DNA from: the human T2T-CHM13v2.0 reference genome, Homo sapiens
Direction: 5' to 3' (one strand)
Length of the DNA: 64,000 nt
NCBI RefSeq assembly: GCF_009914755.1
Contig: NC_060937.1
Shown here: positions 12,619 to 26,852 of the stretch, in pieces
How the letters are laid out: every line of letters begins with the position of its first letter
Numbering within the stretch: position 1 is the first letter of the stretch
Program-made: the position numbers and the translations under genes
Notes under the pieces: generated by a model
Told to the model about the DNA's origin: nothing
Databases searched by the model: none
What the model saw: only the letters and a program-made list of their open reading frames with translations

Positions 12619-15600
12619 TCATGCCACTGCTGTCACAAACTACAGCAGCCCAGACCACTGAGACAATCACAGACATTGCAGACAAAGATTACAACTGAAC
12701 AATCTGCATGGAGACCATGCTACTGAGTCCACCCAGAACAAAAGCCAACATACCATTTCCAGTCAACACCCTACTCCCAATCGACACCCAACCAATACAC
12801 CATTCCCAATCAACGCCCATTCCCATCTACAGAAAAAAGTCTCTTCCTGCAAAAGCTACTCCATAAAATGAGAAAAAATGACGGTTCCACTAGATGCATA
12901 GATATCAGTGTCAGGACACAAGAAACATGAAAAAACAAGGAAACATGAAATTTGCAAAGGAAGACAATAATTCTCCAGTGACGACATCAAAGGAAAGAAT
13001 GTTTATGAAATGCCTGAAAAGTAATTCAAAATAATGATCGTAAGAAAACTGAGTGAGGTACAAGAGAATACAGACAAGACAATAAAATCAGAAAAACAAT
13101 TAATGATCTGAATGAGAAATTTAACAAATAGGTAGATATCATAAAGAAGAACCAAACAGAAATCTTGGAGCTGAGGAATTCAATGAATAAAATAAAAAAT
13201 AATAATTAAGATATTCAACAACAGACCAGATAAAGCAGAAGGAAGAATTTCTGAGCTTGAAGATGGGTTCTTTGGAAATAATCCAGTCAGAGAAAAAAAA
13301 AGAAATAAGAATAAGAATGAAGATACTGGGACTTATGAAATACCATCAAGCAAACAAATATTCGCGTTCCAGGAGTTAGAAATGGAGAAAGGCTCAAAAA
13401 ACTTATTTAACAAAATAATAGCTGAAAACTTCCCAAGTCTTGGGAGAGACATGAACATCCCGATTCAGGAAGCCTAAAAGTTCACAATAAAATTCAACCC
13501 AAGTAAATCCTCTCCAAGGCACATCATAATCAAACTGTCAAAAGTCAAAGAATTCTAAAAGCTGCAATAGAAAACCATCAAGTCACACATAAGAGAATCA
13601 CCATTAGATGATTAGCATATATCTCAGAAGATTATTTCCAAAGACTATGACTTCACTCATAAGTGGGAGTTGAACAGTAAGAACACAGGGACACAGGGAG
13701 GGAAACATCACACACCGGGGCCTGTTGGGGGATGAGGGGCTAGGGAAAGGATAGCATTAGGAGAAATACCTAATGTAGATGACGGGTTGATGGGTGCAGC
13801 AAACGACCATGGCACGTGTATACTTATATAACAAACCTGCACGTTCTGCACATGTATCCCAGAACTTAAAGTATAGTAATAGTAAACTAACCATGCACCT
13901 AAAGGAACTAGAAAAACAATAATAAACTGAACTAAAAATTGCTAAAAGGAAGGAAAGAATGAGGTTCAGAGAAAAAAATAAAATAGTGACTAAAAAATCA
14001 ATAAAATGAAGAAATGTTTTTTGAAGTGGTAAACAAAACCAATAAATCTTTAGCTAGACTAAATAAGAAAAAAGAAAAAAGATCCAAACTAATAAAATTG
14101 GAGATGAAAAAGGAGACATAATACAGAGGATCATAAGAGACTATTATGAACAACTTTGAGAACATAGAAGAAATGGATAAATTTTGGATAGATACAAACC
14201 AACCAAGGTTAAATTATGAAGAAAGAGAACATCTGAACAGACCAGTAGGAGTAAAGAAATTTAATCAGTAATAAAAATCTTCCATCCAAAAAAAAAAAAA
14301 ATGAAGGACCTCATAACTTCACTGCTGAATTCTACCAAACATTTAAAGAACTAATACCAATTATTCTCCCAAATTCATTTAGCTAGGCCAGCATTCGCTA
14401 GGCCAGTAACTTCAAAACCAGACAAGGAAACGGGGAGAAAAATAACAATATAATTGATGAACATAGATGCAATAATTCTCAACAAGAAGCTAATGAACCT
14501 AATTCAACAGCACATTAGAAACATCATTTACTATCGTCAAATGGGATTCATCCCAGGAATGAGAAGATAGTACAACATATGCAAATTAATAGCTATGATA
14601 CATCATATTAACAAAAAGACAAAAGCCATATGATCACTTAAATAAATGCAGAAAAAGAATTTGACAAAATTTAACATTCTTTTGTAATAAAAACTCTCAA
14701 CAAATTAGTATAGAAGGTATGTACCTCAACACAATAAAGAACCCACATGACAAATTCACAGATAACATTATGCTGAACAAGAAAAAACTAAGAGCTTTTT
14801 CTCTAAAATCAGAAACAAGATATGAATGCACACTTTCACCACTCCTATTCAACACAGTACTGGAAATTCTAGATAGAGCAATTAGCCAAGAGAATCATAT
14901 TAAAGGCAAATTAATTAGAAATGAGGGAGTCAAATTGTCCTTGTTTGTAGATGATGTGATCTTATAGATAGCAAATCCTAAAAATTCCACCAAAAAACTG
15001 TTAGAACTAATAAATTCAGTAAAAATTCAGGATATAATATCAAGATACAAAAATCAGCAGCATTTCTATATGGTAACAGAAGAAAACAATTCTATTTATA
15101 ATAACTACAAAAAATTAAATACATAGGAATAACCTTAACCAAGACATAAAAGATTTGCACACTGAAAACTAGAAAACATTAATGAAAGAAATTGAAGAAG
15201 ACACAAATAAATGGAAAGATATCCCATATTCATAGATTGAAAGAATTAATATTGATAAAATGGCCATACTACCCAAGGCAATCTACAGATTCAGTGTAAT
15301 TCTATCAAAATTCACAGAAATAAAATCTTAAAATTCATATAGAATCAGAAAAGACCCCAAGTAACCAAAGTAATCCTGTACAAAAAGAATGAAGCTAGAG
15401 GAATCACACTACCTGAATTCAACATATGCTACAAGCTACAGTAACCAAAACAGCACAATACTGGCATAAAAACATACACATAGACCAGTAAGACAGAATA
15501 GAGAACCCAGAAGTAAATTCATGCTCCTACGGCTAACTGATTTTCAACAAAGATGCCAATAACACACACTGGGGAAAAGGCAGTCTCTTCAATATGTAGT

Positions 15601-16952
15601 GCTGAGAAAATTGGATGTACACATGGAGAAGAATAAAACTAGACCCCTTCCTCTCACCATATACTACAATTAACTCAAAATGGATTGAAGGCTTAAAAGT
15701 AAATCATGAAACTATAAAACTACTAGAAGAAAATATAGGGGAAATGACAATAGCGGGGTGGGCGAGAATTTTTTAAATAAGACTTATGGACAGCAAAAGC
15801 GAAAATAGACACATGGGATTACACCAGACAGAAAGCTTTTGCTCAGCAAAGAAAACAGAGTGAAAAGACAACCTGAAAAAATGAGAGAAAATATTTGCAA
15901 ATAATGCACCTGACAAGGGGTAATATCAAGAATATATTAAAAACTTAATAGAAAAAGTAATAACTAGAATAATAAATGGCAAAACTCCTTAGTAGACATT
16001 TCTCAAAAAGACATGCAAATAATTAACAGGTATAGGAAAAATGCTCAATCAAGGGAACGACAAATTGCAATTGCAATGAGATACCACTTCACTCCAGTTA
16101 CATGGCTGTTACCAAAAAGATAAAACAAGTGCTGATGAGGATGTGAAGAATGGGGAACACTTACACACTGTTGGTGGCAATGTAAATTAGTACAGCCACT
16201 ATGGAAAAACAGTATGCAGTCTCCTCATAAAATCAAAAATAAAACTACCAAATGATTCTGTAATCACACCACTGGGTAGATGTCCAAAATAATGAAATCA
16301 GTATGTCAAAGACGTATCTGCACTCCCATGTTTATTGCAGCACTATTTATAATAGCCAAGATATGGAATCAATCCAAATATCCCGAAAATGGATGAATGA
16401 ATTTAAAAATGTGGTATATATACACAATGGAATACTATCCAGCCATAAAAAATAATGAAATCTTGTCATTCATGGCAATATGGATGAAACTAGAGGATAT
16501 TATGTTCAGTGAAATAATTCAGGCACAGAAACGTAAATACTACATGTTGTCACTCTGTGTGGGAGTTAAGAAAAAAAGAGCTCATAGAAGTCGAGAGAGA
16601 AGCGACTGGGAAGGATAGGAAGGAGGGAAGGAGAGGCAGAGGATAATGGATATGAAGTTATAGCTGGATAAGAGGAATAAGTTATGGTGTTCTATAGCAC
16701 TGTAGGATGAATACAGTTAATGATAATTTATCATATATGTTCAAAACCTAGGAGAGAGGATTTTGAATGTTCCCAACACAAAGGAATAGAAATGTTTTAG
16801 GTGATGGATATTGTAATTACCCTAATTTAATTATTGCACTTGTATACATGTATACAAATATCACATGTATCAAAATATCACTCTGTATCCCATAAACATA
16901 TACAATTATTATATGTCAGTTAAAAAGAAAAAGATACAAAATAATTAAGATT
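12619..16952 (+). mobile_element. L1MA4/L1MA5-like LINE-1 with part of the 5'UTR, ORF1 and ORF2 relics and an internal deletion
   Basis: Decayed ORF1 (about 12925-13630) and RT remnants (ORF 14719-14967, ...LSLFVDDVIL); L1MA4-type 3'UTR; TSD aaagaggttttgga (12605-12618) / aaagaggctttgga (16953-16966). Confidence 0.88.
13653..13880 (+). mobile_element. L1PA7/8-like 3' end fragment nested in the L1MA
   Basis: gatagcattaggagaaatacctaatgtagatgacgggttgatgggtgcagc...cagaacttaaagtata. Confidence 0.88.
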
Positions 16953-17082
16953 AAAGAGGCTTTGGAATACATTTACTTAATATGTTTTAGTCCTCTTACA
17001 TTTTAACATTAATATTTGTTGGCAATTTCTCCCATTTTAGTTGTTCATTATGACTTTGCAGGGCTTGAAAAGACAATTTTAA

Positions 17083-17464
<382 letters not shown>

Positions 17465-19109
17465 CCATATAATGTTAACAATCGATTTAAAATATAATAA
17501 TACCCAAACTATTCACTGAGTTTCAGAGTTATCTCTTATTAGAAAAGATTTCTTTCAATTAGCCTAAAGCACAAGAAAGTTTATGTTTGGTTTACTATAT
17601 AATTCTGTCCAAAGAACCCAAATTAAGAACTAGTATTAGAAATCTGGAAATAAAACAGGACTGCCGAGAAAAGAAGAATGTGAAAGTTAAACTACTTTCT
17701 GGGCTATCACATCCCTCCAAATAGCAGAGCTACTGATGAATCCCAGATCTAACTGTAGGTATTAAATTCTCCCACAATTATACAATGTTACTTCATATTC
17801 TGAGGATAGAAACAATCTTGTGAAACATGACAATTAAAGTACTGTAACAGAATATAGTAATACTTAATACCTATGTGTTCAGAAGGGTGTGTTTTAGAAA
17901 TGTTGATAATAATGCAATCTGCTCAAAACTGTTAAAGTATGGATAATTTCACTCAATTTTCCAGTAAGTTTCTGCTTTGAATAAGTAAATAGTGGGTAAT
18001 GGTTTGTGTCAAAGTCCTTGCAACACTCCATTAACCATAGAGCATGACAATCTGATCAGATGTCTCTTTTATAGTCAGAAGCTGACTTGTGACTTTGTGA
18101 GTTACTCAGTTACATCAGGTCACATCAAAAGCCTAGTTTTTCATCTTCCCCAAATTCCTGATAGTTTTACATCTGACACATGTTGAATCTCAGCCTTGTG
18201 ACCTTACTCTTCAGCCTGCGTTTGATATAGTCTAAATACTATTGAACTAATACTAAGTTATTACTGAGGAAGTTAAATGAATAAGCAAATAACAGTCATT
18301 AGTAGAATTTCAAAATTTTATATTATTATCTATCAATGTCTAACCCAAATAAGTCACTATTACGCCTAGATGTATAACCAAATCATCAAAAACTTGAACC
18401 GATTGTTCAAATCTAGGAGGTAACTTAATTCAATGTTTGACATTGGTATTTGACTATATAACCTATTCCGAGTCTCATACAATGTAACTGACACTAGATA
18501 GTTCAAATTAGTCAAACCAATTTAAGTACTGCGTCAAACAAGCAGATATCCACTTTATAAATATCTAGCCTAACATTTTGGAAACTCTTTGCTGGTATGA
18601 ACATTCAGGCAACATTTTCAGCCTTTAACTACGATTATGATACAATGGTTATACCACTGGATTTTATCAATTATTAGAATTATATGTTCAAATGCTTGGT
18701 AATTCCTGAATGTGTAATGATGACCATCAAGCTTTACTGAATTTCCTCGAATTTTACAGATTTATTTTATATTCACACTTTAATACATATTTATTTAAAG
18801 ATTACTATCTGCAAGACTTCAAGAGAGCTATTGCTGACTTTCTTCATAAGCCTGGGAGTCAGAGGTGTGTTACTATAATGCTCTTTCACACCTCAAACTG
18901 TGATTCAAATACCAAGGGTACCTTGAGGTTTTTCAAGAAAACAAAGTCCCCAGTAACATTTCTTACCATTCACGCCAATCACCAAAGAACCAGAGATTGC
19001 TAGAACTGAAAAGAATTGTAGTGATTCTCTCCATCTAAAGGGATCATTGGAAACTTGTTACTCTTAGTTTCTGGCCTCTCCTTGAATACTTGATTATTAC
19101 CATGACATG

Positions 19110-20012
19110 TTTATACTCCCAACCCTTCTGACATCCAATGTGTGAGGTTCTTCCACACAAATAACCAATTCTCTAACTCTCTGGACACCATCTGGGTATT
19201 CAAAAATTTAATTAAGTTCTAAGACAAACTACCTGGAATTAGGACAGATCCCACAGGTTAAGGGGCCAGTCCCACCCATTTTCCCCAATTTCAGACGCCA
19301 AGTGGAAGTCTGGGCTACCTGTACTTCTGACGGACAGGTGGTGATGTCAGGGGCTTCCCACAACTCCCTCCTCAGGCTCAGTAATTTGCTATTAACAGCT
19401 CACAGAACACAGGAAATCACTTTTATTTACATTTACCAGTTTATTGTGAAGGACCCAACTCAAAGATCAGCCAAAAAAAGAGATTCACAGAAAAAGTCTG
19501 TGAGAAAGTGCCGCAGATCTTCCATACCCTCTCTGGACTGCTCCCTCCCAGCACCTCAGTGTGTTCACCAAACTGAACGCTCTCCAAACCCCGTCATTTT
19601 GGGGGTTGTATAGAGGTTCCATTAAGTAGAAAAGATTGATGAAGTCATTGGCCTTTGGTGAGTGGACTCAATCCCCAGCCCCTCTGCCCTCTCCAGAGGT
19701 CCAGGGATGGGGCTGAGAGGTTTCACCCTCTACTCACAGGGCTGGTTCTTTTAACAGCCAGTTCCCACCTCGCAGCTATCTAGGGGCCCCCAGCCACCAG
19801 TCATCTCAGCACACAAAAAGACACTTATCACCCTGGAGATTCCAAAGGTGTTAGAAGCTCTTGTACCATTAACTGGAGATTAAGACCAAATATTACAGCA
19901 AAAGATGCTCCTCTCACCCCTATCATGGAGAAATTACAAGGATTCTAGGAGCTCTTTGCCAGGAACTGAAGATGAGGACCAAATGTATACTTCTTGTTAT
20001 TTCATTATATCA
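19110..20012 (-). mobile_element. MER21 (ERVL) LTR
   Basis: gaccaaatgtatacttcttgttatttcattatatca is the reverse of the MER21 5' end; internal motifs cagatcccacaggttaaggg and gaaattacaagga. Confidence 0.8.
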
Positions 20013-20483
20013 TCATTACTTCGATAGAAAACCGACTTAGCATAAATTGTCATTTTTACGTTGCAATATGTTTGCCTGGGTCTTCAACATTAATTTTTTT
20101 CACCTGTTCTGCAAGACAACCTTTCAATTATTTTTGTAAATCATCCTGTAAACCTTGGTTCTTCTCCCTTTCTAATAAAATTTCTCTAGTTCTTGTCTTT
20201 TTACATCTGGTTTCATTTCCCAGTTCTCCTGCCATCCCTGTTGCTCTCTTCTGAAGGTTTTTCATCAAAGTTTGATTGTCCTTAACTTTTTTATTGATGT
20301 ATAATATACATACAATAAAGCACAAAAACCTCAAGTGTGGCACTCAGTGAATATGTATACATCATTAAGATTTTTTTTAAATCTTATCAAACACATTCAG
20401 TATTCTATAGGTAGAAATGATTGTAATTGAGTTAACCATTTCTCTGTTGATGGAAAGGCAGGCTGTGTCTTTTGTTTTGCCTT

Positions 20484-20605
20484 TTCCCTCCCTCCTTCCC
20501 TCCCTCCCTCTGTCCCTCCATTCCTTCCTTCCTTCCTTCCTTCCTTCCTTCCTTCCTTCCTCCCTCTCTCCCTCCCTCCCTGCCTCCTTCCTTCCTTCCT
20601 TTCTT
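20484..20605. repeat. (TTCC)n/(TCCC)n polypyrimidine microsatellite
   Basis: Direct. Confidence 0.95.
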
Positions 20606-20879
20606 TGATTTCTATTAGAAACCAGTATTTTTAAAATCTATTTTCTTCTTATAATAATACATGCTCATTGTAAAAATTTCAACATTTTACAAATGTATGT
20701 TTAGAAAGAGAAGGTGTCTCATAAGCACTCTCTCCTGAGATTCTCTGAAAACTTAAGGGTAAAAAAAGTATATATTATTATCTCTATATATATATTAATG
20801 AATCTTCTGAATGCCTCTAATTAGTTATTGTCAATCAAAACATTTCATGGTAATTTACAGAATCATATAAGCCCTAATG

Positions 20880-21300
20880 TAGTCTATACAATGGATGGAA
20901 TTCAGGAAATGCAGGAAATTTTATGGGAAAATATAAAATTATGCCTTTCTTTTCACTTCCTTCAATGATGAATCTAAACAACGAGCCAAAGTTGTAGTAG
21001 CACTACCTGATACTTGTCATCAATTGAAATTACCTATATTTTCATATCTGACATCTCTAAATATTCATTTTGCTCATCAAATAGACCCACTATCAGATGT
21101 TGCTATTTAGTGTATATACAATGAAGCTTATATACTATGTCAAAATGTGCCTTTTAAAATTATTTTTATAATTATTTTAAAAGAGGATTTGTTTTCTTTG
21201 AAATGCTAAGTATTTTATTTTATGCATTTAATAATATTATTTTGAAAAGAGTATGCCAAAAGGGATGCATGGAAGAAAAATCGGTCAAAAACTCCCGATG
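20880..21300. mobile_element. hAT-Charlie-type DNA transposon relic
   Basis: ttttattttatgcatttaataatattatt...gccaaaagggatgcatgg...gtcaaaaactccc resembles a Charlie terminal region. Confidence 0.45.
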
Positions 21301-21882
21301 CAGAATTTCTTTAGTGATTTAATATCTCATAAGTCTGTACATTCCCCAACAGCTTTCATGCTTTCATACATATGCCCTTAAATTGAACTGAAATCAGCCT
21401 TTTTGTAAATTCATTAGGGATGTTTTCAATTATTTCCTATTTCCTACAGAATCATCTATTATTCCTGTAGAATTATTTGTATATTATCTCACAGCCAATA
21501 TGAGCTACCCCTGTGATCAAATCTCCTTGCTTCCCCAAACTACCACGCACCTTTGTGCCTCTTTGCCCATAACATATTTTACCCAAGATTTCATATTTTT
21601 GGCAAATATTCAGCTGCGGAGATAGGAAGCCAGTTTTTGTTATCCTGTAATTATGCCATTGTTTTTGTAACTTTACTAAATTTTAGCTAGTAATTCCAGA
21701 CTAACAATATAGTTTTGAATTTTTCTAATGTCCTCTTACACAAAAACTGTCCCTCCTGCTTAAACAATATAGGTATGTTTTATACAGAAGAAGCACTCCT
21801 ACCTAATATGATTGGCACCTGCACTTGGTGAGTTAATTGAAGAAGTTGATTTAAAAGGAGTAGGATGAAAACGACACATTCA

Positions 21883-22183
21883 GAACGGGCATGGGGGCTC
21901 ACGCCTGTAATCCCAGCACTTTGAGAGGTCAAGGCGGGCGGAACACCTGAGGTCGGGAGTTCAAGACCAGCCTGACCAACATGGAGAAACCCCATCTCTA
22001 CTAAAAATACAAAATTAGCCGGGTCTGGTGGCACATACCTGTAATCCCAGCTACTAGGGAGGCTGAGGCAGGAGAATCGCTTGAACCCAGTGGAGATTGT
22101 GCGAGCCGAGATTGTGCCATTGCCCTCCAGCCTGGGCAACAAGAGCGAAACTCTGTCTCAAAAAAAAAAAAAAAAAAGGAAAA
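21883..22183 (+). mobile_element. AluSp
   Basis: Diagnostic gaggtcgggagtt...ctgaccaacatggagaaacccc; TSD gaaaacgacacattc (21867-21881, 22184-22198). Confidence 0.93.
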
Positions 22184-23245
22184 GAAAACGACACATTCTA
22201 ACCATTGTAACTAAAAGCATACAAATGCATATTCATTTGCCAGTCAATGAATGTAGGGCCAAGACTCATTCTCTGAATATGGATCCTCTGGGTGGAATCC
22301 AACATCACCTTTCTCACTCAGAACTCCCTTTAACACAACACCTGTGATTTAGAGGTTTCCATTTCTTTAAAGTTAAGTGAGATTGCAAAGATAGTTGTGA
22401 AGACATCTAAATGCAGAATCTTTCTAGACTTTTATGACTTTCCTTTTTTATTTAACTTGTCTACAATGAATTGGCAAGAATTATTTTTAGTAACAAGTTT
22501 TTACCGAATTGCTGTAAAGCATTCAACTTAATTTGCATAACAACAATGCTCTTTCTTTCTGTACTTGTTTTTCATCATTTTATGTCCTACTTAATTATAT
22601 TATTGAATTACAAACCAAGTACAACTAGCTTTACCAAATGTGGAGGATACCAAAAAACAACTCATTCTTAGTAAGGAGGTGCTAGCTGAACTGGCAAGAC
22701 TGAAATGTACAAGGACCAACTAGGGTGAGACTCAGTATTGTTAGGTAGAAATTGGTACACCAAAAATATCTGTCAGTGGGTTTTGCAGAAAAAAATGAAT
22801 CTGGCAAGAAAATTGTGTGGTGCTCTGTTAGGAGAGCCACCACCACAAAAATAGTATGTATCTAGTTAGTGTCGCTTTTATTCACTTTTACATTCCTAGA
22901 TTGCCTCCAACCCAGTCTTCTGTATAATTTCTATGAAAACATTCTTGGGAAAATCATTAGTTTATTATTCAAAGGCTTCAGAGGTATTAAAAATTTAAAA
23001 GAAAAAACAGACAGTGGAATCAATGACTCAGTGTTAGACACTGAAGTCTGAAGCCATTTCATTTCAATAGAGGAGGTGGTGAGGAATATCAAGAGAGAGT
23101 TTAGACTTAATTGGCACCTCCTACTCTCCACAGCCCTGCTCCAGTTGGACAGACAAATTTACATATGACTGGCCAGCACACTAAATGAGCTGACAAGTAG
23201 AAAAGTATATATGGAAATGTCCTGCATGCTCAACCTAAACAACTA

Positions 23246-23629
<384 letters not shown>

Positions 23630-24009
23630 TTATAAATGAGAAAGTTTTTTCTAAATTCTAATTTATTAGAGAATACCTAGATTAACCTTCTAGCAAATTT
23701 TTTTCAATTTTGTGCCAAATGTTACATGTTTAAAAACCTAAATGAAAAAAAAATGCTCAGTACTTAAATCCACCTGATTCACTTCACAAAAAAACACTAA
23801 ACTATCTTTTCCCTTAATGAGAGAAAATTTTGTGTAAAACAAGGCAGCATAACAGAAGCAGGAGAATGCAGTAAGAGTTTCTAGTAGATCTTTACAATGA
23901 CACTCTTTGATGGACACGTACTTTCCAAGTAAAAAGTTCTACATACCTCAGTGGCCCCCAAAAGCACAACCACATTCAAATGCAAAATTGGAGTTTCTAC
24001 AGCTTCTAA

Positions 24010-25650
24010 GGTTTTTTTAAAAAAATAATTTTTTAAATTTAAATTTAATTTTAATTTGAGGTACAAGCGGGTTTTGGTTACATGGATGAATTGTATACTG
24101 GTGAAGTTTGAGATTTTAATGCACCCATCACCTGAGTAGTGTACATTGTACCCAATATATAGTTTGTATATTTCAACGCTTTCCCTCCCTTCCCCCTCTG
24201 AGTCTCCAATGTCCATTTTATCACTGTCTATGCCATTGCATATCCATAGCTTAGTGCTCATTTATAACTGAGAACATACGGTATTTGGTTTTCCATTCCT
24301 GAGTTACTTCACTTATATTAAGGGCCTCCAGCTCCTTCCAAATTGCCGCAAAAAAATTATTATTCCATTCTTTTTAATAGCTGAGTACTATTCCATGGTG
24401 TATACATATAGATTACATTTTCTTTATCCACTCATTGGTCGCTGGGCGCTTAGGTTGGTTCCATATCTTTGCAATTGTGAATTGTGTTGTGATAAACATT
24501 TGCATGCAGGTGTCTTTTTGATAGAAAAACTTATTTTCCTTTGGGTAGATAGCTAGTAGTGGGATTGTTGGATCAAATGGTAGATCTACTTTTAGTTCTT
24601 TGAGAATTCTCCATTCAGTTTTCCATAGAAGTTGTGCTAATATACATTCCCACCAGAAATGTCTAAGAGTTCTATTTCACCACATCCATGCTGACATCTA
24701 TTGTTTTTTTGACCTTTTAATAATGGTTATTCTGGCTGTGGTAAGGTGGTATCTCATTGTGGTTTTAATTTGCATGTCCCTGAGAATTAGTAAAGTTGAG
24801 CATTTTTTCATATTTTTTGGCCATTTGGTAATCTTCTTTTGAGGAGTGTCTATTCAAGGTATTCGCCCACTTTTTTAATGGGATTATTTGTTCTTTTCTT
24901 GCTGATTTGAGTTTCTTGTACATTCTGGATATTAGTCCTTTGTCAGATGCACAGTTTGTTAATATTTTTTTTCCCATTCTGTGGGTTGTTTTTTCACTCT
25001 ATTATTTCTTTTGCTGTGCAGAAGCTTTTTAGTTTAATATGGTCCCATTTAATTATTTTTATTTTTGTCACATTTGCTATGGGGTCTTAATCACTAACTT
25101 TTTGCCTAGGGCAATGTCCAGAAGAGTTTTTCTTAGGTTTTCTTCTAGGATTTTTATGGTTTCAGCTCTTACATTTAAGCATTTAATCCATCTTGATTTG
25201 ATTTTTGTATATGATGAGAGATAGGGATCTAGTTTCATTCTTCTACACAGGGCTAGCCAGTTTTCACAGCACCATTTATTGAATAGGGTGTCCTTTCCTC
25301 AATTTATGTTTTTGTATGATTTGTTGAAGACCAGTTTGTTGCAAGTATTTGGCTTTATTCCTGAGTTCTGTATTCTGTTTCATTGGTCTGCGTATCTACT
25401 TTTAAACAAGTATCATGCTGTTTTGGTTACTATAGCCTTGTATAATTTGAAGTCAGGTAATGTGATACCTGCAGACTTGTTCTTTTTGCTTAAGATTGCT
25501 TTGGCTATTTGAACTCTTTTGGTTCCATATGAATTTTAGGTTTTTTTTTTTCTAAGTCTGTGAAAGATGATGTAGGTATTTAGATAGAAATTGCATTGAA
25601 TCTGTAGATTGCCTTGGGCAGTATGGTCATTTTCACAATGTTGATTCTTT
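24010..25650 (-). mobile_element. 5'-truncated L1PB3/4-like LINE-1
   Basis: Reverse L1PB 3'UTR (ttttggttacatggatgaattg...ctgagtctccaatgtcc) followed by the reverse ORF2 C-terminus (ORF 24765-24977, [14 protein letters not shown]). Confidence 0.88.
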
Positions 25651-25914
25651 CAAGAGCTCAAAGGGTAATCAGAACCCTGATCCCACCCGCACAATGCTTG
25701 GCGGCCATCAGGGTTACACCTATTCACTTGCCTGACAGCTGTGGCCATCACGAGTAATGCCTGCACTCTACTGTGGATCATTCTTCTACCCACATAACTG
25801 CTGGACATTTGCACTGTGCCTTGCACAGAGTTCCTGTTGATCCAGCACTTCCTGTGCTGGAGAAGGGCTATAAGAGCTTTCCTTCTCTGGGGTTCCAGAC
25901 TTTCTAATGCAGTT

Positions 25915-26035
25915 CTTTTATGGGTTGAATTGTGCCAGTCCCCTCAAGTCCATATGTGGAAGCTCTAATCACCAATGTGACTGTATTTGGAGATAGAGCA
26001 TCTTAGGAGCTAATCTAGTTGAATGATGTTATATT
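25915..26035 (+). mobile_element. MLT1A/B-like LTR 5' fragment
   Basis: tatgggttgaattgtg...atgtgactgtatttggagatag. Confidence 0.6.
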
Positions 26036-26059
26036 TCTAATAAATAACCTTAGAAACAC

Positions 26060-26498
26060 TTAGTCTTTTTGTGTTGTTACAGAAGAACATCTGAGACTGA
26101 GTAATTTATAAAGAAAAAGAGGCTTATTTGACTCAATATTCTGCTGACTGGAAGATTGGGTGACTGGTAAAAGCCTCAGGCTGCTTCCACTCATGGAGGA
26201 AGGTGATAGGGAGCTGGCATGTGTGGAGATCACAGGGTGAGAGAGGAAGCTGCAAACAGAAGGAAGGGACCAGGCTCTTGGTAACACGCAGCTGTCAGGG
26301 AAACTTTCCCAAGAACAAATAGAACTAGAACCCACTAAGTACGCCCTCCCCAGGAGGGCATTAATCTATTCATGAAGGATCTGCCCCCACAACCCAAATG
26401 CCTTCCATTAAGCCCCACCTTCAACACTGGGGATCACATTTCAACAGGAGGTTTTGAAGACAAACATGCAAACCACAGCAAACACCCAAACCATAGCA
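26060..26498 (-). mobile_element. MSTB-like LTR
   Basis: Reverse MST motifs: gagactgagtaatttataaagaaaaagagg, gagggcattaatctattcatga, caaaccatagca. Confidence 0.85.
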
Positions 26499-26624
26499 AA
26501 CACAAACACCAGTTTCTCCTCCCTGGAGAAGAAAATAAACATTTTCATTCTTCCTAATAAACATTTTCATTCTTCCTCAAAATGGGCAGAAGAACTTTTG
26601 CTGAAACCACAAAGAAAAACTTAG

Positions 26625-26852
<228 letters not shown>

